17,555 bases of DNA. Source: a bacterium (lineage in GTDB: Bacteria > CALINM01). The position numbers and the translations under genes are program-made. Each line of letters begins with the position of its first letter. Position 1 is the first letter of the stretch. Shown one piece after another: positions 8,416-16,412 of this stretch. The notes beneath the pieces were generated by a model. The model worked only from the letters and a program-made list of their open reading frames with translations, made no database searches and had not been told where the DNA came from. Location: contig JBEQAF010000002.1 in assembly GCA_041640455.1 (NCBI GenBank), positions 1 through 17,555 of the forward strand, read 5' to 3'.

Positions 8416-8446
8416 TTAAAAAAGATAATAATTGGGGGTGATTTTT

Positions 8447-8653
8447 ATGAATATTAATGAGGTAAGGAAGATAGCCAAGAGCAAGGGTGTATCATCTGCA
8501 AAACTAAAAAAGGCAGAGATAATCAAGGCGATCCAGAGAGCTGAGGGGAACTTTGATTGTTTTGGAACTGCAGTTGACGGCTTCTGTGATCAGTCAGCCT
8601 GCTTATGGTATGAAGACTGCGTATCAGAATCAAGAAAAAATTTTGGTTTATAA
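8447..8653 (+). CDS. Small SAP / Rho-N-like helix-extension-helix protein with a C-terminal 4-Cys motif
   Basis: MNINEVRKIAKSKGV..AKLKKAEIIKAIQRAEGNFDCFGT...CDQSACLWYEDC. The basic HeH-like N-terminus resembles proteins commonly annotated 'SAP domain-containing'. ATG at 8447 chosen because of the GGGGGTG SD. Confidence 0.8.
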   Translation: MNINEVRKIAKSKGVSSAKLKKAEIIKAIQRAEGNFDCFGTAVDGFCDQSACLWYEDCVSESRKNFGL

Positions 8654-9853
8654 ATGATCAATATTGAAGAGCTTTCTGGATTATCTCCTGCAGAGCAGGA
8701 GGTTGAGATAGTTGAAAGAAAAGGGTTAGGTCATCCAGATACTATATGCGACCTTATTGCTGAAGAGATATCGGCAAGATTATCAAAAGCCTATCTGAAA
8801 CAGACAGGTAGTATCCTGCATTATAATATTGACAAGATTTTGCTTTCAGCTGGCAGGACTGAGAAAGCCTTTGGGGGCGGTAGATATCTTGAGCCCATAA
8901 AGCTTTTTATCGGAGACAGGGCTACAAGTCAGTTTGGAGATATATCTATTCCAGTTGAAAGTCTTGTAAAAAGCTCTGTTAAAAACTGGTTTAGAACCCA
9001 TATTCCCAATCTGGATCTTGATTACGTAGAGACAGATATTCTGTTGAAGGAGGGATCTGAGGAGCTTACAGGCATTTTTAAATCAAAAAAGGATCTGCTC
9101 GGAGCCAATGATACATCAGCAGGCATAGGCTACTATCCGCTTACAGCTGTTGAAAATCTCACCTACAGTCTGGAGAGATATCTTAACTCCTCAGAGTTTA
9201 AAAAGAGATACCCCTTTAGTGGACAGGATGTAAAGGTAATGTCATGCCGTTTTAAAGATTCTGTTCAGATAACAGTTGCCATGCCTTTTATTGCATACCA
9301 TATAAAAGATGAGAAAAGTTATTTTAAACTCAAAGAAAAGATCCTTAGCGATATTAAAGGATTTGTAAAATTAAATAGCAGCTTCAGTAAAACGGAAGTT
9401 TATCTAAATACGCTCGATGAGAAGGGGAAGGGGGTAAATGGTGTATATATAACCCTTTCTGGCACATCGGCAGAAGATGCTGACTCAGGAGAAGTAGGGC
9501 GAGGTAACAGGGCAAACGGGCTCATATCTTTTATGCGCCCTCTCGGAAGTGAGGCAGTAGCAGGTAAGAATCCAGTTAGCCATGTGGGAAAAATTTATAA
9601 CTTTTTTGCCTTTTATCTGGCAGAAAGGATATATAAAAAATTTGATAACCTCTCTGATGTTTACGTTTATATCTTAAGCAGAATCGGCTCTCCTATTAGC
9701 ACCCCCCATATGCTTTCAGTAAAGCTAATACCCAGAATAAGTAGATTAAATTGCTCCCTTTTAGATAAGATATCCCGCTTTTGTTCCCGGGAGCTTCAAA
9801 ACATTGATGTTTTTTGCAGAAAAATCATATCAGGCAAAGTAAGGATCTTATAG
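8654..9853 (+). CDS. mat: Methionine adenosyltransferase (SAM synthetase), archaeal type
   Basis: EIVERKGLGHPDTICD, ILHYNIDK, GANDTS, GQDVKVM, DSGEVGRGNRANGLI, EAVAGKNPVSHVGKIYN: motifs of the archaeal-type MAT family, not of bacterial MetK. Confidence 0.93.
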   Translation: MINIEELSGLSPAEQEVEIVERKGLGHPDTICDLIAEEISARLSKAYLKQTGSILHYNIDKILLSAGRTEKAFGGGRYLEPIKLFIGDRATSQFGDISIPVESLVKSSVKNWFRTHIPNLDLDYVETDILLKEGSEELTGIFKSKKDLLGANDTSAGIGYYPLTAVENLTYSLERYLNSSEFKKRYPFSGQDVKVMSCRFKDSVQITVAMPFIAYHIKDEKSYFKLKEKILSDIKGFVKLNSSFSKTEVYLNTLDEKGKGVNGVYITLSGTSAEDADSGEVGRGNRANGLISFMRPLGSEAVAGKNPVSHVGKIYNFFAFYLAERIYKKFDNLSDVYVYILSRIGSPISTPHMLSVKLIPRISRLNCSLLDKISRFCSRELQNIDVFCRKIISGKVRIL

Positions 9854-9855
9854 TA

Positions 9856-11847
9856 TCAGGCAGTTACTGCCTTTTCCATAAGTGTTTTTATCTGATCTCT
9901 GATTTTTGCCGCCTCTTCAAACTGTAGCTCTCTGGCAAGCTTTTTCATCTTTTTCTCAAGTGCTTTGATCCGTTTTTCAAGCGCCTCATTGGTTAGGTCT
10001 GTATAAACTGCCCTATTCTCTTCTACCTCTACGGTAAAATAGTCTTTTTCACAGATAATGCCAAAATCTTCATGAATATTTTTCTTTACTGTCTCTGGTG
10101 TAATATTATTTTCCTGATTATATCTTAGCTGAATCTCTCTTCTTCTGTTTGATTCTTTTATTGCCCTTGCCATGCTTTCGGTAATGGTATCGGCATAGAA
10201 AATCACCCTGCCGTTGACATTTCTTGCTGCTCTTCCGCATGTCTGAATAAGAGATCTTTCGCTTCGTAAAAATCCTTCTCTATCCGCATCCAGAATACCA
10301 ACCAGAGATACCTCTGGCAGGTCAAGCCCTTCCCTTAGTAAGTTTATTCCGACGATTACGTCAAACTCACCCTTTCTTAAAGCCTTAATAATCTTTACTC
10401 TTTCGAGGGTATCAATATCAGAATGCATATATTTCGCCTTTATCCCCTGCTCGTTTAAATAGGCAGTTAGGTCTTCTGCCATTCTTTTGGTCAAAGTTGA
10501 TACAAGGGCGCGCTCGGATCTACTTACAACAGTTTTTAATTCTTCGAGAAGATCCTTTACCTGATTTTTTGCTGGCTTAACTACTATCTCAGGATCCACA
10601 AGACCTGTAGGTCTTATAATCTGCTCTACGAGGTTCTCATATCTTTCCAGTTCATAGGTGCCAGGAGTAGCTGATACGTAAATAACCTGATTTATCCTCT
10701 TTTCAAACTCTTCAAACTTAAGAGGTCTATTGTCAAGAGCTGAAGGGAGTCTGAAACCATGCTCCACCAGCGTCTCTTTTCTTGATCGATCTCCCTCATA
10801 CATGCCTCCTATCTGAGGAACAGTAAGATGGGACTCGTCTATTACCAGTAAAAAATCTCTGGGAAAATAATCCAGAAGCGTAAAAGGAGGGATACCGGCA
10901 GGTCTGCCGTCAATATACCTTGAATAGTTCTCTATGCCTTTACAGTATCCCATCTCCTGAAGAAGCTCCAGATCATAAAGGGTTCTCTGCCTGATCCTCT
11001 GTGCTTCAAGAAGCTTATTGTTTTTTTGAAAATACTCTATCCTTTCATTAAGCTCCTTTCTAATATTTTCAATGGCTTTTTTCATCTTCTCTTCCGGAGC
11101 CACATAATGACTTGCAGGATAAATGGTCACTCTCTGATGCTCCTCAAGAATCTCGCCAGTTAATGGGTCGAAGGAGAAAATATTTTCAATAAAATCTCCA
11201 AAAAACTGAATTCTTATTGCCCTGCTATCTTCATAGGCAGGAAATATATCAAGCACATCTCCTCTGACTCTGAAGGTACCTCTGAAAAAATCATAGTCAT
11301 TTCTTACATACTGTATCTCTATAAGCTTTTTAAGCGCATCGGACATATCTTTCTCATCGCCTCTGTCAAATACAAGCACCATTCCTGAATAAGCCTCTGG
11401 AGATCCAATTCCGTATATGCATGAAACTGATGCCACAATAATTACATCATTCCTTTCAAGCAGTGAATATGTGGCACGGTGTCTGAGTTTATCTATCTCC
11501 TCGTTAATGGATGAGTCCTTTTCGATGTAAAGATCCGTCTCGGGGATATAAGCTTCTGGCTGATAATAATCATAATAGGATACAAAATACTCTACGGCAT
11601 TTTCAGGAAATAGTTCCTTGAATTCAAAAAAAAGCTGTGCGGCAAGGGTCTTATTGGGTGCTATTATAAGAGTGGGCTTATTAACTTTTGCGATCACATT
11701 GGCTATGGTAAAGGTCTTGCCCGAGCCGGTTACTCCCAGAAGCACCTGCTCTCTTAACCCCTTTTTGATACCTTCTGTCAGCGAACTTACTGCCTTAGGC
11801 TGATCCCCTCTCAGTTCAAAACTGGTATCTAATTTAAACTGCTTCAT
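9856..11847 (-). CDS. uvrB: Excinuclease ABC subunit B
   Basis: GDQPKA, Walker A GVTGSGKT, beta-hairpin [43 protein letters not shown]-terminal UVR ([11 protein letters not shown]). Confidence 0.99.
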   Translation of the reverse strand: MKQFKLDTSFELRGDQPKAVSSLTEGIKKGLREQVLLGVTGSGKTFTIANVIAKVNKPTLIIAPNKTLAAQLFFEFKELFPENAVEYFVSYYDYYQPEAYIPETDLYIEKDSSINEEIDKLRHRATYSLLERNDVIIVASVSCIYGIGSPEAYSGMVLVFDRGDEKDMSDALKKLIEIQYVRNDYDFFRGTFRVRGDVLDIFPAYEDSRAIRIQFFGDFIENIFSFDPLTGEILEEHQRVTIYPASHYVAPEEKMKKAIENIRKELNERIEYFQKNNKLLEAQRIRQRTLYDLELLQEMGYCKGIENYSRYIDGRPAGIPPFTLLDYFPRDFLLVIDESHLTVPQIGGMYEGDRSRKETLVEHGFRLPSALDNRPLKFEEFEKRINQVIYVSATPGTYELERYENLVEQIIRPTGLVDPEIVVKPAKNQVKDLLEELKTVVSRSERALVSTLTKRMAEDLTAYLNEQGIKAKYMHSDIDTLERVKIIKALRKGEFDVIVGINLLREGLDLPEVSLVGILDADREGFLRSERSLIQTCGRAARNVNGRVIFYADTITESMARAIKESNRRREIQLRYNQENNITPETVKKNIHEDFGIICEKDYFTVEVEENRAVYTDLTNEALEKRIKALEKKMKKLARELQFEEAAKIRDQIKTLMEKAVTA

Positions 11848-11854
11848 TTATTTT

Positions 11855-11860
11855 ATTTTA
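11855..11860 (-). promoter_or_regulatory. Possible -10 element (TAAAAT) 7 nt upstream of the uvrB ATG
   Basis: The minus strand reads TGGTT-TAAAAT-AAAATAA-ATG. No SD and no clear -35. Confidence 0.4.
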
Positions 11861-11945
11861 AACCATAAGACAGATTTTAACCAGATCTTTGGCTACAAAA
11901 ACTATGCTTTCCATTTTCATAAACAATTATTAATATTTCAGAATT

Positions 11946-11973
11946 TTGACTTTTTGTTTTTTTATATTATAAT
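11946..11973 (+). promoter_or_regulatory. Putative sigma70-type promoter for degP-hsp20
   Basis: TTGACT (11946-11951), 16 bp spacer, TATAAT (11968-11973). GGAGG SD at 11993-11997. Confidence 0.7.
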
Positions 11974-12005
11974 TTTAAGGTACAACTTTTCAGGAGGCTG
12001 TGGTA

Positions 12006-13301
12006 ATGAAAAAACTTTTGGTGCTGATTGTATGGCTTCTTTTTTTGAACCTTAACGCCCATTCACAGGAGCTTAAAAGCTTTGCAGAGCTCGTAAAGCA
12101 GGTAGAGCCGTCGGTAGTAAATATCAGTACAACCCAGATAATAAAAGCACAGCGCCCTACCCCTTTCGATTTCTTCAGAGAGTTTTTTGGCGAATCCCCC
12201 TTTGAGTTCGATCAGCCAAGAGATTTTCAAAGACAAAGTTTAGGCTCAGGTGTGCTTATCTCAGAAGATGGTTATATTCTCACCAACAATCATGTTATCA
12301 AAGATGCAAATATAATTAAGGTTAGACTTTACAGGTCAAAAGAGGATATTGAGGCAACCGTTGTTGGGAAAGATCCGAAAATAGATATTGCGCTCTTAAA
12401 GATAAATAGAAACAATCTGCCTTTTGCCAAACTTGGGGATTCTGACAAGATGGAGGTTGGCGACTGGGTAATAGCTATAGGCAATCCTTTTGGTCTTTCT
12501 CATACAGTCACAAAAGGCATTGTTAGCGCTAAAGGTAGAGTAATCGGCTCAGGACCTTATGATGACTTCATTCAGATAGATGCGCCCATAAATTTTGGCA
12601 ATTCTGGCGGTCCATTGTTCAATCTCAAAGGAGAGGTTGTTGGCATTAACACAGCCATCATCGCAGGCGGGCAGAATATTGGTTTTTCCATACCCATAAA
12701 CATGGTAAAAACGATTCTTCCCCAGCTTAAAAAGGGTATGGTAGAGCGTGCATATCTGGGAGTAAAGTTCCAGGAGGTCACAAAGGAGATTGCTGAAAGC
12801 TTTGGCATTGACAAGCCCATCGGTGCGCTTATTACCGAGGTTATGAAAAATAGTCCTGCCGAAAAGGCTGGTATTAAAGACGGTGACATTATTATAGAGA
12901 TTAATGGAAAGGTGGTTGATGATTATGTAGTTCTCCCCAAAATGATAGCCAGCCACCTGCCTGGAGATACAATTAAGATCAAGCTGATAAGAGAAAAAAA
13001 GGAGCTCACCGTCTCAGTTACCCTATCGAAACATTCTGAGCAGGGCACTCTCCTCGAACGTTTAGGGCTCAGACTTTCAGAATCAAAAACAGGTATAGTG
13101 GTGGAAGAGGTAATGCCAAACTCTCTGGCGCAACAGTTAAAAATTTCTGCTGGAGATGTTATTGTGAAAATCAATAATATTACAGTGGAGACCATAGATC
13201 AGCTGATTGGGATATTCTCAGGAATAGCAAAAAACTCAGCGGTTACCATACAGCTAAAAACCAAACAGGGAAACAAGTTTATAACCTTCAGGATGCCCTG
13301 A
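12006..13301 (+). CDS. htrA: HtrA/DegP/DegQ (Do family) periplasmic serine protease with two PDZ domains
   Basis: Signal peptide MKKLLVLIVWLLFLNLNAHS; triad motifs LTNNHV, DIALLK, GNSGGP; IGNPFGL; PDZ-like segments (AYLGV...SPAEKAGIKDGD; LGLRL...SAGDVI). ATG at 12006 is 8 nt after GGAGG. Confidence 0.95.
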   Translation: MKKLLVLIVWLLFLNLNAHSQELKSFAELVKQVEPSVVNISTTQIIKAQRPTPFDFFREFFGESPFEFDQPRDFQRQSLGSGVLISEDGYILTNNHVIKDANIIKVRLYRSKEDIEATVVGKDPKIDIALLKINRNNLPFAKLGDSDKMEVGDWVIAIGNPFGLSHTVTKGIVSAKGRVIGSGPYDDFIQIDAPINFGNSGGPLFNLKGEVVGINTAIIAGGQNIGFSIPINMVKTILPQLKKGMVERAYLGVKFQEVTKEIAESFGIDKPIGALITEVMKNSPAEKAGIKDGDIIIEINGKVVDDYVVLPKMIASHLPGDTIKIKLIREKKELTVSVTLSKHSEQGTLLERLGLRLSESKTGIVVEEVMPNSLAQQLKISAGDVIVKINNITVETIDQLIGIFSGIAKNSAVTIQLKTKQGNKFITFRMP

Positions 13302-13696
13302 TGATTGATAATTATGATTTAAATATCATTTATGGGGTTATTGATGACGAACAGATTTCAAAAAAAAGGGTGTTATCACCTCCGCTTGACATTTATGAAG
13401 ATAAAACTGGGCTGCATATAGAGATGGAGATAGCTGATATTGATAAAGAGAATATTAAGATACTCTGCGAAAACAACAGGATTAAAATTAAGGGGAAAAA
13501 GTGTAATAAAAAAACTGAGCAGAAATATATCTTAATGGAAAGAGTGTTTGGAGAGTTTGAAAAGATTATTGAGCTTCCCTTTGACCTGAATGACTGCAAT
13601 CTTAAGGCGACCCTTAAGGATGGTGTGTTGAATATATTTATCCCCTTTATGGCTTCAAAAACCATTGAGATTTCAATAGAAGAAAATATTTCTTGA
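13301..13696 (+). CDS. Hsp20 / alpha-crystallin small heat shock protein
   Basis: PPLDIYED, IKIKG, ERVFGEFEKIIELP, KATLKDGVLNIFIP. ATG overlaps the degP TGA by 1 nt. Confidence 0.88.
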   Translation: MIDNYDLNIIYGVIDDEQISKKRVLSPPLDIYEDKTGLHIEMEIADIDKENIKILCENNRIKIKGKKCNKKTEQKYILMERVFGEFEKIIELPFDLNDCNLKATLKDGVLNIFIPFMASKTIEISIEENIS

Positions 13697-13721
13697 CTAT
13701 TTTTGCTGTAAAACATAAAAT
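13693..13721 (+). promoter_or_regulatory. Putative sigma70-type promoter for carD-PIN/TRAM-ispD-ispF-cysS
   Basis: TTGACT (13693-13698, containing the hsp20 stop codon), 17 bp spacer, TAAAAT (13716-13721). Confidence 0.65.
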
Positions 13722-13774
13722 TAGTGGTAACTAATTTTGATCATTTTAGTAGTAGGGATAAAAAGGGGGTATTT

Positions 13775-14266
13775 ATGTTTTCAGAAGGTGACAAGGCTTT
13801 TTATCCAGCTCATGGTGTTGGCGTGATTGAAAAAATCGAGAAAAAAGAATGCAACGGTTCAGAAGAGTGCTATTATGTGTTAAAAATCATGGATAGTGGA
13901 ATGAAGGTTACCATCCCTAAATCAAGAGCCAATGCTGTGGGACTCAGACCTCTTGTACCTAAGGAAAAGGTGCAGGAAGTGTTCAGCCTGCTTGAAAAAT
14001 CCCAATCTGAGAAGGTTGTAAGAAACCACATCCCCTGGAACAGGAGGCAGCGAGACTATAATGCAAAGCTTAAGACCGGTTCCATTATTGACCATGCTCT
14101 TATTCTTAGAGAGCTTACACTGCTTCAAAGCCACAAAAATCTCTCTTTTGGAGAGAAAAAGCTTCTTGAACTGGTAAGAAAGCTGATAACTAAAGAGCTT
14201 GCTTACTGCCAGAACTGTTCAGAAGAAGATATTCTAAAGAAGATTAATTCATTGCTTTCTTCTTAA
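13775..14266 (+). CDS. carD: CarD/CdnL family RNA-polymerase-binding transcription factor
   Basis: MFSEGDKAFYPAHGVGVI, VGLRPL, PWNRR (conserved Trp), KLKTGS, LSFGEKKLL. ATG at 13775 follows AAGGGGGT; the track's 13724 start is probably too early. Confidence 0.93.
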   Translation: MFSEGDKAFYPAHGVGVIEKIEKKECNGSEECYYVLKIMDSGMKVTIPKSRANAVGLRPLVPKEKVQEVFSLLEKSQSEKVVRNHIPWNRRQRDYNAKLKTGSIIDHALILRELTLLQSHKNLSFGEKKLLELVRKLITKELAYCQNCSEEDILKKINSLLSS

Positions 14267-14275
14267 GGATCTGTT

Positions 14276-15262
14276 GTGTATGTTATTAAGATTCTGTTGC
14301 TTATTTTTAGTACTGTAAGTGGATATTATTTTTTCGACCTGCTATTTAAAGGTTCCCACAAAATACTCGGGCTTTTTTCTGGTTTTGTATTAGGCTATAT
14401 TGCTATTGTAATTAGAGATGTAATAGTAAAGGTGCCCATAAAATATTTTATAGGTGCCTTTCTGGGTTTTGTAGTTTCCATATCTCCGCTTTTTTTTCTA
14501 ACCGGTTATCTTAATAATCCTGCATTAAGTATAGATTTTCTTGGCTATACCTTAGGACTTAGGTTTATCTTAGGTGTTCTACTTGCCTACATTGGCATAT
14601 CAATTGGCATTGAAAAGGTAAAGAATGTAAACATACCCTTTATTGAAGACAAAAATGCATTCCTGGGAGAACGAACACCCAAGGTGCTCGATACAAGTAT
14701 TTTAATAGACGGTAGAATAGCAGATATTATAGAAAGCGGTTTTCTAGAAGGTCCTTTTATTGTTCCAAGATTTGTAATCAAGGAACTCCAAACACTGGCT
14801 GACTCTATGGATCCAGTAAAAAGGGCTAAGGGGAGGAGGGGGCTTGATGTATTAGCCAATATTCAGAAGCACTCAAAGGATCTGGAAATTTCTGAGGTAG
14901 ATTTTTTCAGAATTAAAGAGGTGGACCTTAAACTTGTTTCACTGGCAAAAAAGATAAATGGCAAAATCGTTACCATGGATTATAACCTTAGCAAGGTGGC
15001 AGAGCTTCAGGGGATCCAGAATCTAAATTTAAATATTCTTGCCAATGCTCTAAAACCTTCACTTGTTGCAGGGGAAGTAGTTTCCGTATATCTTATCAAA
15101 GAAGGTAAAGAGCCCGGTCAGGCGGTGGCATACCTGGATGACGGTACCATGATAGTTGTGGAGAATGGAAAAAAGTTTATAGGACAAAAAATAGATGTAG
15201 AGGTCAAAAGCGTTCTCCAAACTCCTTCGGGGAAGATAATCTTTTCTCAGATTCATTCATAA
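14276..15262 (+). CDS. Membrane-anchored PIN/TRAM domain protein (YacL-like)
   Basis: N-terminal TM helices, KVLDTSILIDGRI, FVIKELQTLADS...KGRRGLD, GKEPGQAVAYLDDGTMIVVE, VLQTPSGKIIF. GTG start after AAGGA. Confidence 0.92.
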   Translation: MYVIKILLLIFSTVSGYYFFDLLFKGSHKILGLFSGFVLGYIAIVIRDVIVKVPIKYFIGAFLGFVVSISPLFFLTGYLNNPALSIDFLGYTLGLRFILGVLLAYIGISIGIEKVKNVNIPFIEDKNAFLGERTPKVLDTSILIDGRIADIIESGFLEGPFIVPRFVIKELQTLADSMDPVKRAKGRRGLDVLANIQKHSKDLEISEVDFFRIKEVDLKLVSLAKKINGKIVTMDYNLSKVAELQGIQNLNLNILANALKPSLVAGEVVSVYLIKEGKEPGQAVAYLDDGTMIVVENGKKFIGQKIDVEVKSVLQTPSGKIIFSQIHS

Positions 15263-15263
15263 T

Positions 15264-15929
15264 ATGATGGATCTTTACATTGTTATATTGGCATCGGGGA
15301 TTGGTAAAAGGTTTGGGGAAAAAACCCCAAAGCAGCTAATAAGAATAAATAACCAGCCCCTCATAGAGTTTTCTCTCAAAACTGCCTTCTCTATAAATCC
15401 CACACAGATAATTCTAACCTATCCTCCTGGTATGCTAATCAGATTTAAGAAAATATTAAAGGCATACTCAAAAAGCTTAAAATTTGTGGAAGGCGGGGAA
15501 AGAAGACAGGACTCTGTAAAGAACGCACTTAACGCCATAGACAGGGAAGGCATTGTGCTTATCCATGATTCAGCAAGACCTCTTGCATCGGCAAATCTTT
15601 TCAGGCAGGTTTACCATAAAGCCAGACAATATGGAGCTGCAATCCCTGTCATCCCCATACCGGATACGGTGAAAGAGGTTAAAGAAGATAGGATAATTAA
15701 GACCCTCAATAGAGACCGACTTTTTCTTGCCCAGACGCCACAGGGCTTCAGGATATCCCTTTTAAAATCAGCTTTCGATGACATTGATGATAGCTTTACT
15801 TACACCGACGAAGCCTTTCTATTCGAAAAGCTTGGTAAAAGCGTTTATACCGTTAAGGGAGAGCGAAATAATTTAAAGCTTACTTTTAAAGAGGATTTGG
15901 ATATAATAAAATCTCTTATATCATTATGA
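15264..15929 (+). CDS. ispD: 2-C-methyl-D-erythritol 4-phosphate cytidylyltransferase
   Basis: ILASGIGKRFG..PKQ, GGERRQDSV, VLIHDSARP, AQTPQGF, TDEA, NLKLT. The second ATG at 15267 is an alternative start. Confidence 0.95.
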   Translation: MMDLYIVILASGIGKRFGEKTPKQLIRINNQPLIEFSLKTAFSINPTQIILTYPPGMLIRFKKILKAYSKSLKFVEGGERRQDSVKNALNAIDREGIVLIHDSARPLASANLFRQVYHKARQYGAAIPVIPIPDTVKEVKEDRIIKTLNRDRLFLAQTPQGFRISLLKSAFDDIDDSFTYTDEAFLFEKLGKSVYTVKGERNNLKLTFKEDLDIIKSLISL

Positions 15930-16411
15930 AATACCGAATAGGACAGGGGATTGATTTTCACGCCTTTAAAGAAGGGCGGGAGCTTTTCCTGGGCGGCATA
16001 AAGATAGACTATCCTTTAGGGCTGGAAGGACATTCCGATGCGGACTGTCTGATTCATGCCATTATGGATGCCCTCCTGGGTGCCCTCGGAGAAGATGATA
16101 TCGGAAAGCATTTTCCTGATACAGATAAAAGCTTAAAAGATATTGACAGCAAAATACTGCTTGAGCAGGTTGTTAAAATCTTAAATAAGGAAGGCTATAA
16201 GATATCCAATATTGACTGTACCGTTATCTGTGAAGAGCCGAAAATCAGAAAATATGTAGAAGATATGAAAACTACACTTTCAAAGATTTTACTTGTCAAT
16301 AGGGATGATATAAATATAAAAGGCACAACTACGGAAAAGATGGGCTTTCTTGGCAGAAAAGAAGGAATTGCCTGTATGGCTGTTGCTTTAATTTATAAAA
16401 AGGGAGATTGA
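15926..16411 (+). CDS. ispF: 2-C-methyl-D-erythritol 2,4-cyclodiphosphate synthase
   Basis: RIGQGIDFH, GHSDAD..IHAIMDALLGA, DIGKHFPD, KGTTTEKMGFLGRKEGIA. ATGA overlap with the ispD stop. Confidence 0.97.
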   Translation: MKYRIGQGIDFHAFKEGRELFLGGIKIDYPLGLEGHSDADCLIHAIMDALLGALGEDDIGKHFPDTDKSLKDIDSKILLEQVVKILNKEGYKISNIDCTVICEEPKIRKYVEDMKTTLSKILLVNRDDINIKGTTTEKMGFLGRKEGIACMAVALIYKKGD

Positions 16412-16412
16412 T

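Noticed and set aside
8416..8446. SAM riboswitch upstream of mat
   Set aside because: The predicted leader is about 25 nt and AU-rich, and mat abuts the SAP gene; no room or motif.
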